DNA from: a virus
Taxonomy: Duplodnaviria; Caudoviricetes
DNA length: 64,000 bases
Strand: one strand, 5' to 3'
IMG/VR virus record: IMGVR_UViG_3300028809_000013
Location: 332 to 64,331 of that record
The first letter of the stretch is position 1; the number at the start of each line of letters is the position of its first letter. This document shows positions 37,910 through 45,935 of the stretch, piece after piece. The notes beneath the pieces were generated by a model. That model had not been told where the DNA came from, made no database searches, and saw only the letters and a program-made list of their open reading frames with translations. Made by a program: the position numbers and the translations under genes.

Positions 37910-38030
37910 CTGTGGTGCCTCTGTGCCGGATGATTGTGCCGCAGGGACCAGAGGTGGACCGTGCTGCGGGAACGGGGTGGAAACTGGTGACTGTGGATGC
38001 CTCGTGGGTGAGGATGTACGACAAACTGTT

Positions 38031-38078
38031 TTTGGTCGATACCCTTGCCCTTGACTTACGGCATAGAGGGATTAGATT
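38031..38078 (+). promoter_or_regulatory. TTTGGTCGATA motif plus promoter of array B
   Basis: Motif at 38031-38041; TTGACT(38051)-N16-TAGATT ending 8 nt before the first repeat. Confidence 0.65.
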
Positions 38079-38086
38079 GAGCCACT

Positions 38087-38421
38087 GTCGAGCCGAAAGT
38101 GGAAAGACAACCGAATCATCTGAGCGAGTCAGTGGAGTGGAAGTAACCCGTAGCCAAAGAGCGAGCCGTGAAACGTTAGACACCCGGACTGGAACAGCGA
38201 GCCGTAGGGATTGAGCCACCCGAAGCAACGCAGCGAGTTGAGTAACGGTAGTCACCCGAGTGCACAACAAGCCGTTTGGTAGTGAGACGCCCGAAGGGAG
38301 GAAGCGAGCCTGACGCGATTGAAGTAACCCGAAAGGGTGTAGCAAGCCGTAGCAATCGATTCAACCGCCTGCCGCCAGCGAGCCGAAGCAGTTGAGATCA
38401 CCGGAAACATCCAGCGCCTTT
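38087..38421 (+). repeat. TIGR-like guide-RNA array B (9 units)
   Basis: Example unit AGCGAGCCG-tgaaacgtt-AGACACCCG-gactggaac; spacers 7-11 nt, mostly 9; followed by hairpin 38426-38460. Confidence 0.9.
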
Positions 38422-38430
38422 CTATGGCCG

Positions 38431-38730
38431 TCAGGGACATGTACCCGCGCCCTGACGGCCGGATTCCTGGTCGTCGCGGGCACGCTGGGCGCAAAGCCAC
38501 TGGATCTGCTGTTCCATGTCGGAGAAACGGGCCTCATAGTTCCGGTCCAGCGTGTTCTGCGCATCGAAGGCACGTTCCATATCGGTGCGCAGGCGTTGGG
38601 TGTCGGCCTCGTTCTCGTTGGTGCGATACTCGGTGCGTGCCACCGCCACGAACACACCCATGGCTGGTAGGATGAAGGCGAGCACCCATCGAGGGATGCG
38701 CAGGTCGTTGTTGCTATCGGATTCAGCCAT
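38431..38730 (-). CDS. Membrane-anchored coiled-coil protein (holin/spanin-like)
   Basis: One TM helix, coiled coil, two C-terminal Cys; same architecture as 27137-27550. Confidence 0.6.
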   Translation of the reverse strand: MAESDSNNDLRIPRWVLAFILPAMGVFVAVARTEYRTNENEADTQRLRTDMERAFDAQNTLDRNYEARFSDMEQQIQWLCAQRARDDQESGRQGAGTCP

Positions 38731-38764
38731 GGCCCCGGATCAACCTTCACCGAAGTGTGCCACC

Positions 38765-39115
38765 ATGCCCAAGGTCGTGATCGACGGAGTACAGTACATC
38801 CCCATGCCCGCGCCGCTGGAAGATGCCGACGAACTCATGCGTGCGCTGGAGGTGCGGTTCGACAGTGACGCTGGCGACAATCTCACGGTCCGCGAGTACC
38901 TGCGCATCCTACTGGACACGCTGTGGGTCGAGGAGGAGGGCTTCAGCGGAAAGCGTCCTTTCGGCAACAGTGGATGGAAGTATGAGTTGTACGAACCCTT
39001 GGTCCGGGACGGCTTCCTCCCTGGCGAAGTGGAAGACGGTAGGCATTTCCCGGATAGCTACGAAGACGCAGACCAATACGTCCGCCTGTTGATTCAGGCG
39101 ATGACGCGTCCGTAA
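38765..39115 (+). CDS. Conserved phage hypothetical protein
   Basis: TVREYL..LL.TLW.E.EGFSGKRPFGNSGW motif; stop overlaps the first repeat of array C. Confidence 0.7.
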   Translation: MPKVVIDGVQYIPMPAPLEDADELMRALEVRFDSDAGDNLTVREYLRILLDTLWVEEEGFSGKRPFGNSGWKYELYEPLVRDGFLPGEVEDGRHFPDSYEDADQYVRLLIQAMTRP

Positions 39116-39560
39116 GCCGAAGTATAGGAGCCACCCGTCGTATCGAAGCGAGTCAAAATTTCAGAGACGCCCGTATTGCAGGAACGAGTCTAACGGACAA
39201 AGCCACCCGTACGGGAAGAACGAGCCGCAACGAACGAGTAACCCTTTGGATAAAGAGCGAGCCAGCGTTTTTGAGACACCCGTCATCGACTAGCAAGCCG
39301 TGGTTCACGATACACCCGACGCTACTAGAGCGAGCCGTGCGAGCTGTGAGTAACCCGTGGCAGACTAGCGAGCCGTAGAATGTGAGATAACCGCGCCGCT
39401 TCAAAGCGAGCCGTACATCTTGAATCACCCTGTCTGACCAAAGCGAGCCGTGTCCGGGGAAGCCACCCTTCTGCCCTTGAACGAGCCGGAACTCGCAAGT
39501 CACCCATCCAGCCAGAACGAGCCGTCGAACCCGATACACCCTGCTCCTTGGAGCGCCGCA
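39111..39560 (+). repeat. TIGR-like guide-RNA array C (12 units)
   Basis: Example unit AACGAGCCG-gaactcgca-AGTCACCCA-tccagccag; 24 unique spacers of 9-11 nt. Confidence 0.9.
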
Positions 39561-39562
39561 GC

Positions 39563-39599
39563 AACCAGCCCCGCCTGTACGGTACAGGCGGGGCTGGTT
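39563..39599. terminator. 18-bp perfect inverted repeat closing array C
   Basis: AACCAGCCCCGCCTGTAC-G-GTACAGGCGGGGCTGGTT between the array and the portal stop. Confidence 0.7.
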
Positions 39600-39605
39600 C
39601 TCTCT

Positions 39606-41903
39606 TCAGTTCAACAGCCCGCCTCCCGCAGCATCTTCAAGGCCCTGCTCCATCATGTCCGCCTCTGCCCCCAGCGGGTCCATTGCGGCCCCCATGCCAC
39701 CCATCGGCCCCGCTGCCGGCTCCCCGCCCTCCTGCGGCATCCCACCGGGCGCACCTCCGGCCAGCAACATGGCGTCCTGGACGCGCTGCTGGTCGATGGC
39801 GGCCTTCACCGCAAGGAAGCGTTGCTGCAACACCATCTGCGCTTCTTCCGGCCACTCCTTCCACTCGGCGCCGGCCAGCGTACGGCGATGCTGGCGGTAG
39901 TGCACGGCTAGGTTCTGCCACGGCTGCGGCATGACCAGCTCCGTGGAGTCGTCCATCCCGTCCATGCCACCGAGCAGGCTGATTTGCTCCTCGATCCGCA
40001 TGGCCTCCGCCACGTCGCCGTCTTCCGACTCGTACGCCGCCTCCAGCCCGCCGAGCTGGAGCGCACGGGCAAAGCGGGCCGGGTCGGGACGTCCCGTCTC
40101 CGGGTCGTTGAACAGGACGGGGAAGCGCTGCGCCAGATCCATGATGACCGCCTGCCGTGCAACCTCGCTTCCCGGACGGCTGCTCCCCGCCTGCGGGATG
40201 ACGTCCACCGCGCCCTCCAGGTCGGAGGCGCGGAAGCTCTGCACCATGTAGCGGCGATCCGGCCCCGCGGCGTAGTACAGACGCTCGTCCGTGTAGTTGT
40301 TCTTGATGAGGATGAGCCACGCACCGGCAAGGTCCGCCACCGCCTCCTCCGCGGAGGCAAGGAACGGCCCCAGGTCCGCGTCGTCGGCCTCCTGCAGCTG
40401 CATGATGGCGATGCCGGCCGTCACCCCGCCCGTGGTCCCGCCCTGCGACACCGCCCGCATCCCCGTCACCCGCTCGAAGTCTACCAGGAGCCGTTCCCGT
40501 TCCTGGTACACGGACGCGGGGAGCGCGGGCACCGGCATGGGCTCCGGCTTGTACGGGTAGGTGTACCGCACCACCTCGCCCGGCTCCGTGGTGAAGGTGC
40601 CCTTTTTGACCCCCGCCTGATTGGGCACGGCGTACTTGCCGTTTGCGAACAGCCGGTGGTGCTCCGCGATGCGGGCGGACAGTTCGTTGTACTCCCGGTT
40701 GATCGCGACCGCCGCCTCCAGCTTGCTCATGCCGTGGTAGCGGCCGGGCACGATGATGTCCTGCGTGTGGATCAGGCGGAACAGCCCGTCCGGGAGGTCT
40801 TGTGGCTCCTCCAGCAGCACGTCGCCCACGCTCACCCAATGCCGCCCCTCCGGATAGTCGGCGCACTGCCTCTCGTAGTAGAACTTCACCAGCGCCCGCG
40901 GCAGGCTCTTCTGCCGCTCGTCCCGCGGCGAGACGCCGAACTCGCTGCCGTCGCTCAGACGCCCGTCCAGCATGCCGCTGAGGGTGGAGAGAATCCCCAT
41001 GACCGTGGACAGGTCTTCCGCCTGCACCTTGGCCGCCGCCTCCGGCCAGCGCTTCGCGATCTCGCGCAGGCTCATGGGCTCCGTGACGATGAACCACGTC
41101 ACGTCCTCGTCGCAGGTAGCTTCCGGGTTGACGCGCACCTGAAACGGAGAGTAGACGCGAAAGTCCACCTCGCCCTCCTCCACCACGTGCGCCTTGGCCC
41201 CCGGCCGTGGGCGCCCATCCTCGCCCAGCATGGGTTCGCCCTCCGCGTCGTAGGGCACCGTCAGGATCTCGGTGGCCGGGACCAGCATCCCCGGCTCGTC
41301 CTCGCTCTCCACCAGCAGTGGCGTGACCCCGTCCGCCTCGTAGACCGGGCACTCCATCTCCGCCTCCAGCCGCTTGATGCGGCCGGCACGGGGGTTCCAG
41401 AAGGGAAGCGCGTAACCGTTGCCCGTGAGGATCGTCCAGCCGCAGAAATGACGGTAGCGCCGGGCCGCCTTCAGCTCCGTCCACTTGGCTTCGATCAGGT
41501 CATCCCCGAGCTGCGCCGCCTTCATGTCCTTGGGGTCGGACGACGCCGGCACGACCTGCGTGGCCGGGCGGGTCTTGGTGACCTTGGCCAGATACGTGTT
41601 GTAGAAGGGGAGGCAGAGATTGTAGGTGGGCTTCAGCTTCCAGAGCGGGTCGGTGCGGTCCACGCGAAAGCCGTCCCGTCCCAGCCGGTGCCAGTGCTGC
41701 CCCACCAGGAAAAGCAGATTCTGCTGCCACGCGAGGTGGAGCGGGCGGAGGTACTGCGTCTGCTCGTCCCACAGCGCGGTCAGGTATGCGGCGTAGGAGC
41801 GGCGGGCGTTGTCGTTCCAGCCCGCGGTGCCGGGCAGCACGGTGGGGTACGGAGCCGGGCCGTGGTCGCCTACGGGCGTGGTGAGGTCGTTGTGCTCGTG
41901 CAA
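39606..41903 (-). CDS. Portal protein
   Basis: 765 aa; W..N..F..G.HW, SPF...V.P.A, TAG.AI..LQEAD patterns of P22-like portals; lies between TerL and scaffold. Confidence 0.85.
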   Translation of the reverse strand: MHEHNDLTTPVGDHGPAPYPTVLPGTAGWNDNARRSYAAYLTALWDEQTQYLRPLHLAWQQNLLFLVGQHWHRLGRDGFRVDRTDPLWKLKPTYNLCLPFYNTYLAKVTKTRPATQVVPASSDPKDMKAAQLGDDLIEAKWTELKAARRYRHFCGWTILTGNGYALPFWNPRAGRIKRLEAEMECPVYEADGVTPLLVESEDEPGMLVPATEILTVPYDAEGEPMLGEDGRPRPGAKAHVVEEGEVDFRVYSPFQVRVNPEATCDEDVTWFIVTEPMSLREIAKRWPEAAAKVQAEDLSTVMGILSTLSGMLDGRLSDGSEFGVSPRDERQKSLPRALVKFYYERQCADYPEGRHWVSVGDVLLEEPQDLPDGLFRLIHTQDIIVPGRYHGMSKLEAAVAINREYNELSARIAEHHRLFANGKYAVPNQAGVKKGTFTTEPGEVVRYTYPYKPEPMPVPALPASVYQERERLLVDFERVTGMRAVSQGGTTGGVTAGIAIMQLQEADDADLGPFLASAEEAVADLAGAWLILIKNNYTDERLYYAAGPDRRYMVQSFRASDLEGAVDVIPQAGSSRPGSEVARQAVIMDLAQRFPVLFNDPETGRPDPARFARALQLGGLEAAYESEDGDVAEAMRIEEQISLLGGMDGMDDSTELVMPQPWQNLAVHYRQHRRTLAGAEWKEWPEEAQMVLQQRFLAVKAAIDQQRVQDAMLLAGGAPGGMPQEGGEPAAGPMGGMGAAMDPLGAEADMMEQGLEDAAGGGLLN

Positions 41904-42036
41904 GGAAGGACGCTCTCCGGGTGGACGGCGCCGCGGGCTGGCGGTCGCCTCGCTACCCGGAGAGCGTAGTGTGTGTGTTGATTTTGGGGTAGATCTGAGC
42001 CCTCGCCTGCCAGTGAAAGAGTGGAGGGGGCGGGGG

Positions 42037-42324
42037 TCAGTAGCAGGAGGCGCAGCGGCCGTTCTCGTGAATGGACGACTCGCTCATTGCAAACCCGCAG
42101 TCGGCGCAGAACCCGTAGCCGGTAGGCAGGCCACGGACGCGAGAACCACGTACGCCATAGCCATCGAGCGGGTAGACGGTCGCCTCGTGATGCGGGCGCT
42201 CGCCACAGCGGCGAGCCTCAGCCTTGGCGTCCGTCGCGCTCTCCGCGAAGACCGCGATCCGGATGTGTGCCCCTCCGTCGTTCACCGATACGCTCCACGC
42301 CCGAAGTCCCGTCGTCATGCTCAT
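42037..42324 (-). CDS. Hypothetical protein with C-terminal CxxC pair
   Basis: Follows the promoter-leader cassette. Confidence 0.6.
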   Translation of the reverse strand: MSMTTGLRAWSVSVNDGGAHIRIAVFAESATDAKAEARRCGERPHHEATVYPLDGYGVRGSRVRGLPTGYGFCADCGFAMSESSIHENGRCASCY

Positions 42325-42398
42325 GCTCCGCCTGCGACGTGCTGTGGGTTGGTTGACTTCACTGTACCTAAGTTAACTTGGGCTATATGAGAAGTCAA
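42322..42398 (-). promoter_or_regulatory. Repeated promoter-leader cassette, copy 2
   Basis: TTGACT-N17-TAACTT then TCAACCAACCCACAGCAC...GCAGGCGGAGCATGAGC. Confidence 0.7.
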
Positions 42399-42980
42399 GG
42401 GCCACGTTACGACGCGTCGCTAGTTCATGGACCTGGCCCGCCTTCATGGGGCGGCACGCGACGATTGGCCGCGGATGGATGGAGCTTCCCATGATTATTG
42501 AAGTTCGGAGCGACGCGGTATCGGTCGCTGCCTCCCGCAGTAGTCGCAGATGCCGGTCGCCGGCCACGTGCGCTTCACCGTGTGGTCGTCGTAGGCAATC
42601 TCCACTGCACCCTCCGACGTGATGTACCACGACTCCCACCCGTTGACACGGCGTTTCACCGTGATGTAGGCGTTCCGCCCGCAGTGGGGGCCGCGAACGC
42701 ACCCACGATCACTGACACACAGATGACGATCAGGTTCTCCATCATGCTGCTTTCTCCTTCGGCTGCTGCGGATGTATGACGAATAGGCTCCTTCCCCTCA
42801 CCTGCACCGGCTCTCTCAGCGGGACACGCTCGTGCACCTCCCCGAGCAGCGGGGCCAGCAGCCGCAGCGCTCCCGTTGTCAGGATGACGCATCCCTGCGC
42901 TTCCAAATCCGCAAGCACCAACTCCACCGCGTGCCTACGTCTCTGCCTCTCCGGTACGTTCGCCACGTCCTCCACGGTGA

Positions 42981-43304
42981 CTACGCAGAGCCGGGAGGAG
43001 GCGTCCGCCAATTGATGGGCTCCGGCACGTACCATTCGCCTTCCTGCTCCTCGCCCTCGTGAACCACTGCCGGCTCTGCTTCCGGCATGTCCACGAAGCC
43101 CTCCCGCTGCATGCGCATCACCCTGTCCATCATGGCGTACGCGTGACTCTTCTCTGCGCGCAGCAACTCCTGGGTTGTCGCCAGAAACTTCTCGGTGCGC
43201 CTCGACTCCCGCTCGCCCATGCGATACATCACCCACCAACCCAGCGCACACATCGTCAGCATCGCCGCTGATGCCACCAGCAGCATCCATTCGCTCATCT
43301 TCAT
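42981..43304 (-). CDS. Membrane-anchored hypothetical protein
   Basis: GGAGG RBS; N-terminal TM helix. Confidence 0.6.
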   Translation of the reverse strand: MKMSEWMLLVASAAMLTMCALGWWVMYRMGERESRRTEKFLATTQELLRAEKSHAYAMMDRVMRMQREGFVDMPEAEPAVVHEGEEQEGEWYVPEPINWRTPPPGSA

Positions 43305-43641
43305 CCTCCATCAACTCAGGTGGGAATTCACGCACATCCAACAGTTCGTACGGCGCCAGCGTCTCCACCGCCAATTGCCCGCTGTAATGCCACACCACAT
43401 CCACATGGGACACGCCCTCCGCGTCCTCGTGGTGCACGATCCACGGGCGTAGCGGAAGGCTTGGACCCTGGTTCACCGTCCCTGCTGTGCAGCGGAGAGG
43501 GTGGGCGATGTCGCATCGATCATGCATCCTCCCACGCAGTGAGTTCGCCCGTCACGGGGTCGTGGCTGTGGTACCGGTGATCTCCGTCACACCCCCAGCG
43601 GCGGCATTCGTCAGCCATCGGGGTCCCGCCATCACCGACCC

Positions 43642-44190
43642 CTACCGGAGACTCCGCAGGGCTGGGGGCGGCCTCGGCGCGCACCTGCTCGCAGAAACGG
43701 CGCATGGCGCCGTGTGCACCCCACCGTCCGGTGGTGCCAAGCCAGCGAGCACCGTGTTGTAAGCGGCCTCGTTGCTCCGGGCGATCCACTCCCAACCGTC
43801 ACGCTCCGCTGCGAGTGCCCGGATGCGGTTCACGACGTCCGACGCGCTGTCCTCGTAGAGGCGCTGGAGCGTCGTCTTGTGGCGAGTGAGTACGTGGGCG
43901 CGCGGGATGCCCAGCCGGTCCAGCTCCGCCTCGATCTCGCGGTACTCCTCTTCCGCTGCGGCCACGCTCTCCTCCAGCACCGAGGCCGGGTGGGAGGCGG
44001 GGTCGCCCATCAGGTGTCTCACCGCGAACGGCGGGTTCGCGACGTAGGCGGCTGCCGTCTCATGCGGGCGGAACGGCTCGCCGTCCTCACCGTGCGCGTG
44101 CCCTCGCGCGTAGCCGTGGCGGAACGCCGCCTCGATCGCCTCCGCCGGCGACAGGCTCAACCCTGCCGGCGTCGTCTGTTCTGCCATCAT
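43642..44190 (-). CDS. Hypothetical protein
   Basis: GGAGG RBS; coupled ORF. Confidence 0.55.
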   Translation of the reverse strand: MMAEQTTPAGLSLSPAEAIEAAFRHGYARGHAHGEDGEPFRPHETAAAYVANPPFAVRHLMGDPASHPASVLEESVAAAEEEYREIEAELDRLGIPRAHVLTRHKTTLQRLYEDSASDVVNRIRALAAERDGWEWIARSNEAAYNTVLAGLAPPDGGVHTAPCAVSASRCAPRPPPALRSLR

Positions 44191-44498
44191 CCCTCCGCGA
44201 GGTCGAAGTTGTCGTCGTCTTGGGCGGGCGGTTCCCAGCCGGCTGGTCGCGGGATGCGGACGCAGAGCAGCCGGGCGATCGCGGGCGGCACCGTCGGATC
44301 ATCCAGACCGTCGATCAGCGGGTCGCACCGCAACCCGTCGTACCCGTCGGCCGGCGCCCAATGACCGGGCGAGAACAGGCCGTCCGGCGCGGTCCCGGCC
44401 TCGATCCACACGGGCTCGCCCTCGAACACCCACACCTCGCCGTTGGCGTCCACCGCCACGTGCGTCGCCCACTCGGGCAACTCGCTCGCCTCAGCCAC
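44187..44498 (-). CDS. Hypothetical protein
   Basis: PEWATHVAVD..G....F...P motif common in phage proteins. Confidence 0.65.
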   Translation of the reverse strand: MAEASELPEWATHVAVDANGEVWVFEGEPVWIEAGTAPDGLFSPGHWAPADGYDGLRCDPLIDGLDDPTVPPAIARLLCVRIPRPAGWEPPAQDDDNFDLAEG

Positions 44499-45183
44499 GG
44501 TCCACCTCCTCCCCCAGCACGGCCGCCCGCAGGATCATCCGGGCGTCACGCGCCGCCTTCTCCGGCTCCACGGTTCCCTCCTGCTCCCGGTCCAGTACCG
44601 CCAGCGCGTCGGCCACGGCATTCCAGCGGAGGCCGAGAAGGCGCGTGGTCTCTTCGACCTCGCCGGGCTCGTCGTACATGGTCACTCTCAGGCTGGCGAA
44701 CCGGCGGCCATCGCCGTCGTACAACGATCGCGGGAGGGGCGTCGTGGAGCGCAGGTCGCCCAGCAACTCGTCGCGGCAGTCCAGCACCGCGCGCCGGATA
44801 TCCCAGTTGTAGATGCCGGCGTTGTCGAGCGCGGCTTCCAGGCTGCGGTCGATCTTGTCCGCCAGCGTCTCGCCGGCCGCTCGCTCCGCTGTCGTCAGTC
44901 CGGCGGGGACGACGGGGGTGGAGGACCGGAGGGCGGCGGAGAGCGTGCTGTGGAGCCGCCCGAACTCCTCGGCCTCCGGATACCCAAGGCGCCCGTCTTC
45001 CCGCCTCCGGATAGCGAGGGTTCGATACCGCTCCAAGGTGGCCTCGATGTCATGCGACCACTCATCCCCCTCGCTGGCGGGCGTGTGCTCCCCGCCGTCC
45101 GGGTGGGAGGGGTCGGGGGCGTCGAGCAGGTGCCGCGCCGCGAACGGCGGGTTCGCGACGTCTCCAACGGCGTTCTCGTGCAT
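44491..45183 (-). CDS. Hypothetical protein
   Basis: ATG just after the upstream stop. Confidence 0.6.
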   Translation of the reverse strand: MHENAVGDVANPPFAARHLLDAPDPSHPDGGEHTPASEGDEWSHDIEATLERYRTLAIRRREDGRLGYPEAEEFGRLHSTLSAALRSSTPVVPAGLTTAERAAGETLADKIDRSLEAALDNAGIYNWDIRRAVLDCRDELLGDLRSTTPLPRSLYDGDGRRFASLRVTMYDEPGEVEETTRLLGLRWNAVADALAVLDREQEGTVEPEKAARDARMILRAAVLGEEVDRG

Positions 45184-45185
45184 CG

Positions 45186-45860
45186 TCAGTCTCCGGTCAG
45201 GGTGCGAGCGCGGAGGATCAGCGCGTCCAGCCGCGTGTCGATGTGGGTCGGGAGTGCCGCCAGCTCCGCCACCAGCGCAGACAGGGCGGGTAGCGCCCGG
45301 ATGGAAGCCGCGCCGAGGCGGCACGCGTCCGCGTCCCTGCGGGCAAGTTCCGCCAACTCCCGTTGAACGTTGTCCTCACGCGCGGCCAAATAGTCGGCAA
45401 CGCGGTCGGTTTCTTCGGCCTTCACGATGAGCCTCGCCGCCGCCCTGGAGCCCAGCCGCTCCATCTGAGCCTCCGCTGCGATCCGCAACGCGTCGGCTTG
45501 GATGCGGGCCGCGTCCATATCGAGCAGCAGGTTGGCCGCCGCACGGAGCTTGGCGATCTCGCCGGCGGACCACCCGCCCGCGCTTTCGATGGCGCTCGCC
45601 GCGCCGTCCACGATCTCGACCGCCTCCAGGACGGGACAGGCGAGGTGCGCGTTCACCCGCGTGTGCGGTCTGCCCCTCCCTTCGCGCAGGAACCGGAGGT
45701 GTGCGGCGGCCTCTGCGGACCGCTCCCGGTACGCGCCAAGCCCTGTCGTCGTCGCGCACCGCAACCCGCCCTGCGTGTGCGTGGCCGCGACCGGCGCTCC
45801 GTCGCGAGTGATCGTCCCGTCGTCCTCAAAGACCAGCTTCCCGGTCGTCGTCGTGCTCAT
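45186..45860 (-). CDS. Hypothetical coiled-coil protein
   Basis: Follows the promoter-leader cassette. Confidence 0.65.
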   Translation of the reverse strand: MSTTTTGKLVFEDDGTITRDGAPVAATHTQGGLRCATTTGLGAYRERSAEAAAHLRFLREGRGRPHTRVNAHLACPVLEAVEIVDGAASAIESAGGWSAGEIAKLRAAANLLLDMDAARIQADALRIAAEAQMERLGSRAAARLIVKAEETDRVADYLAAREDNVQRELAELARRDADACRLGAASIRALPALSALVAELAALPTHIDTRLDALILRARTLTGD

Positions 45861-45935
45861 CTCGTCGCCTGCCCCGTGCTGTGGGTTGGTTGATCTCACT
45901 ACAACCAATCTATATTCTCACGCATCCGAAGTCAA
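45858..45935 (-). promoter_or_regulatory. Repeated promoter-leader cassette, copy 3
   Basis: TTGACT-N17-TAGATT; 29 nt identical to copy 1. Confidence 0.75.

Noticed and set aside
38087-39560. CRISPR arrays
   Set aside because: Repeats are two alternating degenerate 9-mers with ~9-nt spacers, not 23-47-nt repeats, and no cas genes are visible.
37683-39564. ORFs overlapping arrays B and C (37683-38345, 39153-39539); likewise 8356-8577 and 54383-55219 over arrays A and D
   Set aside because: They are translations of the repeats with periodic RL/GS patterns and no RBS support.
41969-41995. Fourth copy of the TTTGGTCGATA motif upstream of the portal
   Set aside because: GTGTGTGTTGATTTTGGGGTAGAT is only loosely similar, so it was not counted.
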